A model generated the notes under the pieces. That model searched no databases and had not been told where the DNA came from. It worked only from the letters and a program-made list of their open reading frames with translations. From positions 91,509 to 155,508 of IMG/VR virus record IMGVR_UViG_3300026097_000980: 64,000 nt of DNA. One strand, written 5' to 3'. How positions within the stretch are numbered: the stretch's first letter is position 1; every line of letters starts with the position of its first letter. Source of the stretch: a virus. Position numbers and translations under genes: made by a program. Below, in pieces: positions 51,635-59,858 of the stretch.

Positions 51635-51912
51635 TGTGTGTGTTTTTCCAGTTCTGCAATGCGAGCTTCTAGCTCGTCTATTTTACGAGTTACGTGTGGA
51701 TACTTCTTGCGCCATGCGTCCACGGGCTGTTCTAACCAAGTCCAGCCATAACGCTCAACAAGGAAGTCTAGAGTTTGATCCAGTTTTGCATAACACCAAA
51801 TGCCCGCTCGAGTGTCTTTGAAGTATGCCAAGAATGCGGCTCCCGCCAATGAGCCAAGGATGGCTGTGTAGATCCACAGCGTGTCCGCAAACAGTTTGTC
51901 AATGATGTCCAT
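51631..51912 (-). CDS. Small membrane protein
   Basis: N-terminal TM, C-terminal coiled coil, SD present. Confidence 0.65.
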   Translation of the reverse strand: MDIIDKLFADTLWIYTAILGSLAGAAFLAYFKDTRAGIWCYAKLDQTLDFLVERYGWTWLEQPVDAWRKKYPHVTRKIDELEARIAELEKHTQ

Positions 51913-52096
51913 TTGATTCCCTCTGTACAGTATTTAGCGGAACCCTGCGAGTCTCTCCGGTCTTCCTGTTATACTGAGTCTTCCCCCAAGGATTGATCGC
52001 AATCAGTATCCAATCTTGGGCTGTGTCACACCCTCCACAACACAGCTCAGTACCGCACTGCTGATGTAGTTCTGCCATTTCTTTTAGATCGCTCAT
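51899..52096 (-). CDS. Small Cys-rich hypothetical protein
   Basis: SD GGAG before MSDLKE; CGTELCCGGC. Confidence 0.5.
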   Translation of the reverse strand: MSDLKEMAELHQQCGTELCCGGCDTAQDWILIAINPWGKTQYNRKTGETRRVPLNTVQRESNGHH

Positions 52097-52250
52097 TGAA
52101 TTCTCCCGTAAAATATTTAGCGACGATGCACACAGAGCAAGAGAAATCCCCGAGGGGCCGCGCAATTTTTCAACGCGAAGCGCCGCGCAGATTTTTACAC
52201 ACAAGCGATAGAATAGAGCACCCAGCACAATCAAAACCATAAATAGCAAC

Positions 52251-52517
52251 ATGCAGATTGCGTTTAATACTGAACAGGATATAGAATTCCTCCGCTGGCT
52301 GAAAACCACTGACCACGAAGCAACTATGATCGCAGTAGACTGCGGTTGGACGCCTGACTATGCCACGGGTACATACTACGCATGGTTCACTTGGGAGCTA
52401 GACGAAGATGCGCTAGAAGAATATGTACACAGTATTCCGCACAGAGTTCCGGAACAGTTAACACTAGACTTGGACTACACACTGTGCAACATATCAAGAT
52501 CAGTGAGGTTTCCATAA
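52251..52517 (+). CDS. Hypothetical protein
   Basis: TAAATA 5 nt before ATG. Confidence 0.6.
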   Translation: MQIAFNTEQDIEFLRWLKTTDHEATMIAVDCGWTPDYATGTYYAWFTWELDEDALEEYVHSIPHRVPEQLTLDLDYTLCNISRSVRFP

Positions 52518-52696
52518 TGACCGAAGCTAAACACTATACCAAAGAACAACTGTACAGCATACTTGACTGGCATACTGAACGTGGCTATGACATACAGTGT
52601 GTATGGCAGTATCATCCAGAAGGCGGACACCTAGGTGTAATGCTGAAGTGGCATGATCCCCTAAGACAGTTAGAATACTGGTTAACTGCGACATGA
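52517..52696 (+). CDS. Hypothetical protein (MTEAKHY...)
   Basis: Coupled TAATG junction. Confidence 0.55.
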   Translation: MTEAKHYTKEQLYSILDWHTERGYDIQCVWQYHPEGGHLGVMLKWHDPLRQLEYWLTAT

Positions 52697-52920
52697 TAAC
52701 ACATACACTGGAACTGGATCGATTAACAGACTTATGTGACTACTCCCAAGCACAGTTCGGAGAAGATGCTAAACTGTGGCCTTGGTACTATACCACAGAA
52801 GGCTTGGACATATACGAAATGCGCACAGACGATGTAATCACAGTGTACTGGAAGGATGAACAGGCAGCAATGTTATTCATGTTAAAGAGAGGTGCAGAAT
52901 GGAAAGTGGTAGTAGCATAG
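52693..52920 (+). CDS. Hypothetical protein
   Basis: ATGA overlap; DEQAAMLFMLK. Confidence 0.55.
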   Translation: MITHTLELDRLTDLCDYSQAQFGEDAKLWPWYYTTEGLDIYEMRTDDVITVYWKDEQAAMLFMLKRGAEWKVVVA

Positions 52921-53132
52921 CAAGTATAGCGAGTACGGTGAGTAACACACTGAGCTCAGTAACACGAGTAGCAAACATCAACGGTGGCTACACAGTAACT
53001 AACACGATACACGAAGAGACTGGCAAAGGCATAACCAGTTCAAGTACCCAATACACAGTGTACGACAAGACTGCAAGCATAACCGATGACAGTACTCCAC
53101 GTTATGGGATTAGCATAGACACATGGGCATAA
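52899..53132 (+). CDS. Hypothetical Ser/Thr-rich protein
   Basis: SD GAGG; 77 aa. Confidence 0.5.
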   Translation: MESGSSIASIASTVSNTLSSVTRVANINGGYTVTNTIHEETGKGITSSSTQYTVYDKTASITDDSTPRYGISIDTWA

Positions 53133-53285
53133 CAGAACTGTTATTGTGTGTGTGCATAGGCTCCGCCGTGGGAATTTTTATATATCTACTGACCTAACTG
53201 TGTATCTTTGTGTAGGATAGGCCCCGCTGTAAGGTGCGCACACACACGTATGTGAGGGTATAGTGTAGAATTGTGTGCCAAACTG

Positions 53286-53569
53286 TGTGGAAAAGTGTGA
53301 CAAAGTGTGATATTGTGTGGTATTGTAGCAATGCCTGTCATCCCCTCCATCCTGATTCACAATTCTCCACAGTAAATCTACCGTTTCCCCCAGAATATGA
53401 CTCACTTTCGGGGTTTCACTGTGCATAAATCACACAATCTGAGTGGATATCACTGTGGATAAGTCGGTGATTTCACAGTTCGACCTGCGCATAAGTGATA
53501 TTATGTTAAATCACAGTCCCTCTACTGTACACACAGAGTTATCCACAGTACAGTACACAGTTATCCACA
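53286..53569. promoter_or_regulatory. DnaA-box cluster
   Basis: Perfect TTATCCACA at 53539 and 53561, reverse copy at 53454; single-mismatch copies at 53286, 53363, 53420. Confidence 0.75.
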
Positions 53570-53680
53570 GTGTGTAGAACAGCGACAGAAGATTCTATAC
53601 TACTGTGTAGACCGCATAGGCCCCGCTGTAACACATATACATATACACACGTGTATGTGGGCACACAGTGTAAATACAAT

Positions 53681-53827
53681 ATGCAGATACACAAGTATCA
53701 CAACACATACATTATAGAGTGGGCGGATGGTTCATACACAGTAGTAAGTGAAGACTCGGTGGATGACAGTTGGTCAGAGCTTGCTGATATACTGGATACA
53801 CTGCATGACGGTGAACAGCCCCAATAG
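53681..53827 (+). CDS. Small acidic hypothetical protein (MQIHKYH...)
   Basis: TAAATA 4 nt before ATG; bracketed by two 14-mer repeats. Confidence 0.5.
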   Translation: MQIHKYHNTYIIEWADGSYTVVSEDSVDDSWSELADILDTLHDGEQPQ

Positions 53828-53900
53828 GCCCCGCTGTAACACATGCGCATATGCGTATAAAGAGGTTGACACACCCTGTGTTTGATCATACTATAACTGT

Positions 53901-54149
53901 ATGACTATGCCATATGAGAGATTCAACGCAGTTAACAGGACCCGTGAGTGGTTGCTGGTGAACATCCATAACACACGACTTCCCAAGTATATTCGTGAGG
54001 AGATGCGGAGTTTATTACGACACTATCCTGTACATTCGGAACTGGCACATATTGCCGAACAGGTTCCTGGATATCTAGAAGCTTCGCCGGACCCGTTTGT
54101 TAAAATGGTAAATGAATATCCCGGGGTTGACACCGAAGGGGATACATAG
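53901..54149 (+). CDS. Hypothetical protein
   Basis: MTMPYER...SLLRHYP; -10 box ends 6 nt before ATG. Confidence 0.7.
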   Translation: MTMPYERFNAVNRTREWLLVNIHNTRLPKYIREEMRSLLRHYPVHSELAHIAEQVPGYLEASPDPFVKMVNEYPGVDTEGDT

Positions 54150-54197
54150 TATACTGTATTCACAGTGAGCGGAAAAGGATATATACACAACAGTTTC

Positions 54198-54274
54198 GCG
54201 CCTATAGCTCAGTTGGTTAGAGCAGGGGACTCATAATCCCTTGGCCCGAGGTTCGAGTCCTCGTGGGCGCACCA
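54198..54274 (+). tRNA. tRNA with CAT anticodon, Ile2-like (elongator Met not excluded)
   Basis: Cloverleaf, AGGGA-like arm with CTCATAA loop, encoded CCA. Confidence 0.9.
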
Positions 54275-54279
54275 TAACA

Positions 54280-54355
54280 CTCTCGGTAGCATAATGGATA
54301 ATGCAACAGCCTTCTAAGCTGTGGATTGCAGGTTCGAGTCCTGCCCGGGAGGCCA
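54280..54355 (+). tRNA. tRNA-Arg(TCT)
   Basis: ACAGC-CTTCTAA-GCTGT anticodon arm; GGTTCGAGTCC; CCA. Confidence 0.92.
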
Positions 54356-54359
54356 CTTT

Positions 54360-54446
54360 GCCAGTATGGTGGAATTGGTAGACACAATGGACTTAAAATC
54401 CATCGCCCGCAAGGGTATCCCGGTTCGAGTCCGGGTACTGGTACCA
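54360..54446 (+). tRNA. tRNA-Leu(TAA)
   Basis: ATGGA-CTTAAAA-TCCAT arm, long variable arm, CCA. Confidence 0.93.
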
Positions 54447-54567
54447 CGTTGAACAACAGTTGAACAAAAAAGTTTTACTGTTCACCATTTGTCCTAAAAA
54501 TAACACTTTACACATACGTGCGCAGACGTTACTATATACACATACTTTAAAAAACGGAGCGTACACT

Positions 54568-54819
54568 ATGCAAAATTACACAACTGCTGTTGCAAGCGTT
54601 ATTGCTTACTATGCAAAAATGATTGCAGAAGCAAGCTACGACTCAGTAGCGGAAGCAAGCGACTACAGCATTACAGACAACTGCGCAAAAATACAGTACT
54701 TGCTTGCGGAAAGTGCGCAACACACTACTGTGCAAAGTTTAGCAGTTGCCGCAATAAACAGCAGTGCGGATACAGTAGTACGCGAATGCATGTACACACA
54801 ATTAATGCAACACACGTAG
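54568..54819 (+). CDS. Early hypothetical protein (DTVVRE motif)
   Basis: Own promoter and GGAGCG SD; start MQNYTT. Confidence 0.7.
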   Translation: MQNYTTAVASVIAYYAKMIAEASYDSVAEASDYSITDNCAKIQYLLAESAQHTTVQSLAVAAINSSADTVVRECMYTQLMQHT

Positions 54820-54899
54820 TTAATAGTAAAACACAATTGTACACTGTAGCATGCATGTGTTACTATATACACATACTAAACAAAACGGAGCGTGTATAT

Positions 54900-55109
54900 A
54901 TGTTAACTACTAAGCAACTTAGTGCTAAAACGTTTGTAACATACTGTAGTACTACTAACACACTGTTTTTGCACAAGCAAAAAGTAAAACCCAAAAACGT
55001 AGCATTTGCTACAGCGGATTTTGTAGTTAAAAATGCGGCTGTGCAACAAGTTAAAAAGTTTTTTGCACTGCCCGCGCTGTACAACTTACGTAAAAAAACT
55101 GCAACTTAA
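54900..55109 (+). CDS. Early basic hypothetical protein
   Basis: Own promoter and GGAGCG SD; start MLTTKQ. Confidence 0.65.
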   Translation: MLTTKQLSAKTFVTYCSTTNTLFLHKQKVKPKNVAFATADFVVKNAAVQQVKKFFALPALYNLRKKTAT

Positions 55110-55193
55110 TTGCAAAAAACACTTGCACTATGTGTGCAAGTGTGCTACTATATACACATACACTAAACAATTAACTGCATTAGGAGCGAACTT

Positions 55194-55640
55194 ATGCAAT
55201 ACTGTAATATTAATACACACTGCGCTGTGGTTGATAGCGCAAACTATGCACTGCTTACAGCAGAACAACAGCAAACACTTACACAAGCGGAAAAGTGTTT
55301 TGTTGTGCAATTTTTAGCAGATACACTTGCAAGCTTAACACAACTTAATAATGCAAGTGTAGTTGAGGGTGAGGAGTACGTTATACGTTTAACGGACGCA
55401 CTTGAAGTTATGCAAAACTTGCAAGCACTGTATGAAACGTATGAGGATGATAACGCACAGTTAACGTTTACAATAGCAGATGCGGGTGCGGCAATTTGTA
55501 GTTACGATACAGAGTACAGAGAGTGCATTGCGGAGCAATTTGAGTGTGCGTGTGATGAGCAAGCAAAACTTGCAAAGCAATTGCACACTACTGGTGCGGA
55601 CTATAGCACACTTGCACTGCGTGTAATTTACGCTTACTAA
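55194..55640 (+). CDS. Early acidic hypothetical protein (DTEYRE motif)
   Basis: Own promoter and GGAGCGAA SD. Confidence 0.75.
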   Translation: MQYCNINTHCAVVDSANYALLTAEQQQTLTQAEKCFVVQFLADTLASLTQLNNASVVEGEEYVIRLTDALEVMQNLQALYETYEDDNAQLTFTIADAGAAICSYDTEYRECIAEQFECACDEQAKLAKQLHTTGADYSTLALRVIYAY

Positions 55641-55709
55641 AAAAACACTTGACAAAGTGTGCGTATGCTGTTATAGTATACGCATACTTTAAATACAGGA
55701 GCGTACACT

Positions 55710-55877
55710 ATGCAAGCAAAGCAAGCATACACTGTTAACTTAACAGCAAACGAAGTTAGCACACTGCTAGAGTTAGTAAAAGCGGAGCAACAGCACTACG
55801 AGGACAGTGAGGACACAACAGACGTTGCTGTGTACACACTGTGCGACAACATACTAAACAAATTGTATAACGCATAA
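55710..55877 (+). CDS. Early 55-aa acidic protein (MQAKQAY...; not in ORF track)
   Basis: Own promoter and GGAGCG SD. Confidence 0.7.
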   Translation: MQAKQAYTVNLTANEVSTLLELVKAEQQHYEDSEDTTDVAVYTLCDNILNKLYNA

Positions 55878-55945
55878 AAAACACTTGACAACTGTGTATG
55901 TGTGTGCTATAGTATACACATACACTAAACAAAACGGAGCGAACA

Positions 55946-56128
55946 ATGACAGTAGCAGAACTTGTAGCACAGCTACAGCAACTTCCACAAGACCTCGCAG
56001 TCACAGCGTTTTCACATCAACAAGCACAAGAGCTTGAACTGTATAGTGCGGAACTGTTTGAAGCAATGGGCACACCTGAAGATGAGCACTATATTCCAGA
56101 ATCAGTCACACTGCACTTCGACGTATAA
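55946..56128 (+). CDS. Early hypothetical protein
   Basis: MTVAELVAQLQQLPQD; promoter and SD. Confidence 0.7.
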   Translation: MTVAELVAQLQQLPQDLAVTAFSHQQAQELELYSAELFEAMGTPEDEHYIPESVTLHFDV

Positions 56129-56137
56129 GGAGCGAAC

Positions 56138-56932
56138 ATGCCAGCCAAAAGAGAAACAGATGCGGAAATTGTCGAACGCTTACGCGAGCGTTTCGATATC
56201 CTTAACTTAATGACAGCCGCTGTTAAAGCAGGCGATATCCGAGCAATGATTGTAACAGGTCCTCCGGGTGTGGGCAAGAGTTTCGGTGTTCAAGCCACAC
56301 TAGAGAAGGACGACCTATTCGCCACACTGGGCAATCGTCCACCCAAGTATGAGTTTGTTAAAGGTGCTATGAGTGCAGTGGGCTTGTACGCCAAACTGTA
56401 TCAGTATAGTGCTCGAGACGAAGTCCTAGTGTTTGATGACTGTGATAGCATTCTACTAGACGATCTCTCGCTTAACATTTTAAAGGCCGCATTGGATTCG
56501 GGCAAGAAGCGCATGATCCATTGGAACACGGATTCACGTAGCCTACGACAGGAAGGCATCCCTCACAGCTTTGAGTACAAGGGCGGTGCTATCTTCATCA
56601 CCAACCTTAAGTTTGAGAACGTGCGTAGCAAGAAACTAAAGGACCACCTTGAGGCATTAGAGTCACGCTGTCACCACATTGACTTGGGCATGGACACTGA
56701 TCGTGAAAAGGTTCTGCGCATCAAACAGATTGTGCAGGATGGCATGCTAGACGGATATGATCTTGCCAGCGACATCAAAGACAGCATTGTAGACTACGTA
56801 GTTGCCAACAAAGAACGACTGCGCGAACTCAGCCTGCGTTCAGTGTTGAAGATTGCAGACTTAGCCAAAGCACACCCGGATCGTTGGGAGCGCATGGCTG
56901 AGGTCACTGTGATGCGGAGGGCTCGTTCATGA
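56138..56932 (+). CDS. AAA+ ATPase
   Basis: Walker A GPPGVGKS, Walker B LVFDDCD, FITN, ALESR. Confidence 0.88.
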   Translation: MPAKRETDAEIVERLRERFDILNLMTAAVKAGDIRAMIVTGPPGVGKSFGVQATLEKDDLFATLGNRPPKYEFVKGAMSAVGLYAKLYQYSARDEVLVFDDCDSILLDDLSLNILKAALDSGKKRMIHWNTDSRSLRQEGIPHSFEYKGGAIFITNLKFENVRSKKLKDHLEALESRCHHIDLGMDTDREKVLRIKQIVQDGMLDGYDLASDIKDSIVDYVVANKERLRELSLRSVLKIADLAKAHPDRWERMAEVTVMRRARS

Positions 56933-57099
56933 TCGATGCAGGATATTGGAGTACTTGCCAGTACATTCTCTACAGGGGTCGTACACCAGACGGTACCAAG
57001 TACTGTGGAGTTGACAGCAACGGGCGTAGTTCATACTGTGAAGAACATCATGCAGTATGTTATACAGCACACAAGCGCAAGCGCAAGAAGAAACTTTAA
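56929..57099 (+). CDS. GcrA C-terminal-domain-like mini-protein (not in ORF track)
   Basis: 56 aa STCQYI...KYCG...SYCEEHHAVCY; ATGA overlap with ATPase and GGAGG SD. Confidence 0.6.
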   Translation: MIDAGYWSTCQYILYRGRTPDGTKYCGVDSNGRSSYCEEHHAVCYTAHKRKRKKKL

Positions 57100-57156
57100 T
57101 TCAATTTGGATCCCTAAGGGGTTGTTAAAAGAGTATATAACATGTACTATAATAAT

Positions 57157-57270
57157 ATAATAAAAACAATAACAATTTTATTATAGACATTACCGATCAC
57201 ACTGCGCAAGCTCCGATTCGCTCCCGGGGTGCAGTGGGGGGACTACGATCTTGTAGTCCCCTTTCTTTTT
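57157..57270 (+). ncRNA. Candidate trans-acting sRNA with anti-GGAGCGAA loop
   Basis: Promoter TTGTTA-17-TACTAT; A-rich 5' hairpin; hairpin with loop ATTCGCTCC (57216-57224); terminator GGGGACTAC/GTAGTCCCC plus T tract. Confidence 0.7.
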
Positions 57271-57367
57271 ATTCAAAATACCACAGGCCCCGCTGTAAAG
57301 GGGTTGACAAGTCCTATCAAAGACCATATACTGTATAGACAATGAAGCAATAAGTGGAGCGAACACT

Positions 57368-57685
57368 ATGAGCCAAAGAGATACTAACTCATTCGATAGA
57401 ACAGCAACCGCTGTCACAGCAATCATGCAACTTGAATCCGTAGAAGAGATCCGTGCGGTATGTGATGCGATCAAGCGTCAGCAAACATACCTCAGCACAC
57501 AGAACATCCGCAAGGTTGTGAAGGGTGCATGCGTGAGCTTTACTGATCGTTCGGGTCGTAAGATAGTTGGCACAGTCACAAAAGTCAACCGCAAGACTGT
57601 GGAGGTGTTAGGTGGCATGAGCAACGGCCTGTTCAGGACAACCTATAAGGTTCCAGGATCAATGTTAACAGTGGAGGGTGCGTAA
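57368..57685 (+). CDS. Early protein with SH3/KOW-like C-terminus
   Basis: VSFT...GTVTKVNRKTVEV...YKVP. Confidence 0.7.
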   Translation: MSQRDTNSFDRTATAVTAIMQLESVEEIRAVCDAIKRQQTYLSTQNIRKVVKGACVSFTDRSGRKIVGTVTKVNRKTVEVLGGMSNGLFRTTYKVPGSMLTVEGA

Positions 57686-57873
57686 TGATCAAGTTAGCAA
57701 TTGGAATTGTAATAGGGGCCCTCGTGGTTGCCTATTACCCTAAAGCGGGCACAGAAGTTCGCAAACTAACCAACACCGCGGCCGCTGAAGTAGAGAGTGC
57801 TACTAGGGATGAGGCCAAGTTTGAGCAATTGTACAAAGAAACGTTGAAGGCACTACAGGAGAAGTCAGAATGA
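57685..57873 (+). CDS. Small membrane-anchored protein
   Basis: N-terminal TM. Confidence 0.6.
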   Translation: MIKLAIGIVIGALVVAYYPKAGTEVRKLTNTAAAEVESATRDEAKFEQLYKETLKALQEKSE

Positions 57874-58043
57874 TCACTTCAGATGCTGACCTCAACCTAG
57901 CACGGTTGATCTTCGATGACATCACGGACTTCACTGCCGAAGAGGTCCTGGAGATGGAGCTGGCACTAATGGATAGCATTGCGATCAAACAAGCTGGTGG
58001 CGAGCACCTCGTACACTGGGATGCCGCAGGAGATTATCAATGA
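57870..58043 (+). CDS. Small acidic protein (MITSDAD...)
   Basis: ATGA overlaps at both ends. Confidence 0.6.
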   Translation: MITSDADLNLARLIFDDITDFTAEEVLEMELALMDSIAIKQAGGEHLVHWDAAGDYQ

Positions 58044-58246
58044 GTGGTCCAACCTTTCACTGGGACGGAGACAGACGTCGTTGGATTATTATGCACGGCA
58101 GTCACAACCCTGTCTACAGTAATAACCTAGAATCACTCACAGAGTTAGCCAAACTGCAAGAGATTGATGATTCCGTAGAAGATTGGTGTGACTGTGATGA
58201 TGCAGAGGCTATTTGGCAGAAAATGGTTGACTGTGATCCAAAATGA
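58040..58246 (+). CDS. Hypothetical protein
   Basis: SD GGAG; coupled to upstream ORF. Confidence 0.6.
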   Translation: MSGPTFHWDGDRRRWIIMHGSHNPVYSNNLESLTELAKLQEIDDSVEDWCDCDDAEAIWQKMVDCDPK

Positions 58247-58293
58247 CCATACACTATACATATAGTTAGGAAATAGGCATTAGGAGCGAAACT

Positions 58294-58638
58294 ATGCAAG
58301 CACAAATCGAAAAGCTTATCCAAGACATCAAAGCGGACTACGTGCGTTTCATGACTGGCGTTGGCGACAAAGAAGACATCCGCCAAGACATGATCGACAA
58401 CTTCGTAGACAGCATCACATACAACGAAGGCAAGAAGTATATCAAGATCCTCAAGAAGCTGGGTAGCCAGACTATGGTGTGGGGCTTCATCGTAAATGTA
58501 GACGACGACAAGAAGTTCCGCAAGGGTGACATCTTAATGGCGGCAGGCTACAATGCTCCTGCTCGCAACAAGCCACGTGGCAATGTTATTGATGGCAACT
58601 ACAGTATTCGTTGGACTGGACCGGAGTACTTAAAGTGA
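58294..58638 (+). CDS. Hypothetical phage early protein
   Basis: KKYIKI...VWGF...GDILMAAGYNAPARNKPRGNV. Confidence 0.75.
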   Translation: MQAQIEKLIQDIKADYVRFMTGVGDKEDIRQDMIDNFVDSITYNEGKKYIKILKKLGSQTMVWGFIVNVDDDKKFRKGDILMAAGYNAPARNKPRGNVIDGNYSIRWTGPEYLK

Positions 58639-58850
58639 AGAAGTGCCAGGATTGGCAGATCGAGATCCTCCGAGAAGTCACAGAGGGTCTCCATCAAAGC
58701 CATTACTATGTGACTAAGGGACGCACCAAGTTGGTTGCGTATTATCCAGAGGACCGCAAGGACGAGTTCGTTATCTTCAAGAAGCCCAAGAGCTTCTCAA
58801 CTCGTTATCGCAAGTTCGAGGTCATTGCCTCAGGATTAAATAGCCTTTAG
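58635..58850 (+). CDS. Hypothetical protein
   Basis: GTGA overlap; EVTE...HYYV...FSTRYRKF. Confidence 0.6.
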   Translation: MKKCQDWQIEILREVTEGLHQSHYYVTKGRTKLVAYYPEDRKDEFVIFKKPKSFSTRYRKFEVIASGLNSL

Positions 58851-58912
58851 GGGTTGACATCTTTCTTTACAGAGGCTATACTGTAAAGACAATGAACAGA
58901 CAGGAGCGAAAC

Positions 58913-59272
58913 ATGTCAAATTCAGTAGAAGCAATGTTGGTAGAGGCGGCACACGCCAAAGCAATCCAAGCGGCTCGCAATGCGGCCCAAGCGTTCGCAG
59001 ATCGCCACTTCGGCGGCGGCGATGGCGGTGCGTGTGGCTTTGCTTGGGTTGACGCATACAAGGTACGTTCAAATTCAAAGATGGGCAAGGCACTGCAGGA
59101 AGTAGGCTTCCGCAAGAGCTACACTGGTGCACTCCAACTGTGGAACGGACGTGATGGTTGGTATTTTGGCCAGAGCGTGGATGCCGCAGAAGAAGGTGCT
59201 CGTGCCTACGCTGAAGTATTCAAAGAAGAGCTTGAGCTTGACAACATCTACGCAGGATCGCGCTTAGACTAA
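58913..59272 (+). CDS. Hypothetical phage early protein (CGFAWV motif)
   Basis: Promoter and GGAGCGAA SD; start MSNSVE. Confidence 0.75.
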   Translation: MSNSVEAMLVEAAHAKAIQAARNAAQAFADRHFGGGDGGACGFAWVDAYKVRSNSKMGKALQEVGFRKSYTGALQLWNGRDGWYFGQSVDAAEEGARAYAEVFKEELELDNIYAGSRLD

Positions 59273-59392
59273 GGAACAAACGACCTGGGCACGTCGCGAG
59301 GAAAACTGCCCGTTTTATTTTTCCTAAATGGTTGACACTGATCCAAAATGGCCATACACTATACATATAGTAAGAAATTAGGAGCGAATCCA

Positions 59393-59788
59393 ATGACCAC
59401 ACTTTTACAACACATCGAGTCACTTAACGCACACGCAGACCTCATGATGGAGCAGGAGCCAGGTCTGTGGATGAGCAAGTACACGGACGATATGTCGCAT
59501 TGGGCAGACATGGGTGTGTACACCGTGGAGGACTTCAAGCGCAATCAGTTGATCAACGGCATCTCGGATGCCAGCAAGGACCTCTATGGTTGCCGCTTGC
59601 GTTTGGACTGGGATGAGATGACTATTGAGCAGATGGAGTCTACATACGAGAACATCTGTGCTCAACTGCGTATCCAGTTCGAAGAGGAGCAGGCTTGGGA
59701 GGCTTGGGAAGCAGAGTGTAAGAAAGGCTTGCCAGATGACTGCGAGCCTCTTCCATACGAAGAGTATGCAGACTTGGAGCGTGTGTAA
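59393..59788 (+). CDS. Early acidic protein
   Basis: Promoter and SD; ISDASKDLYGCRLR. Confidence 0.75.
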   Translation: MTTLLQHIESLNAHADLMMEQEPGLWMSKYTDDMSHWADMGVYTVEDFKRNQLINGISDASKDLYGCRLRLDWDEMTIEQMESTYENICAQLRIQFEEEQAWEAWEAECKKGLPDDCEPLPYEEYADLERV

Positions 59789-59858
59789 TGGAGTTGGCGA
59801 TCGCAAGTTTGGTTCTTATCCCTTTAATTGCAACGGCTATTCTAGCAAGGTTCTTATA

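Larger units (their letters stand above)
53218..53844 (+). repeat. Dispersed repeat AGGCCCCGCTGTAA (53219, 53618, 53826; fourth copy at 57285)
   Basis: Exact 14-mer four times; copies 2 and 3 extend to TAGGCCCCGCTGTAACACAT. Confidence 0.85.

Noticed and set aside
53178-53426. Minus-strand ORF across the DnaA-box region
   Set aside because: No SD, low-complexity TG/CA-derived peptide, opposite to local gene direction.
54217-54456. Minus-strand 79-aa ORF
   Set aside because: Antisense shadow of three tRNA genes.
56936-57160. ORF-track 74-aa ORF MQDIGV
   Set aside because: The overlapping frame 56929-57099 has an SD, ATGA coupling and a recognisable Cys/His motif; the track ORF runs through a promoter.
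53218-57298. 14-mer repeats or promoter cassettes as a CRISPR array
   Set aside because: Spacing is irregular (200-3500 bp) and the repeat is too short; no cas operon is present, and the PD-(D/E)XK exonuclease at 29411 is an ordinary phage nuclease.
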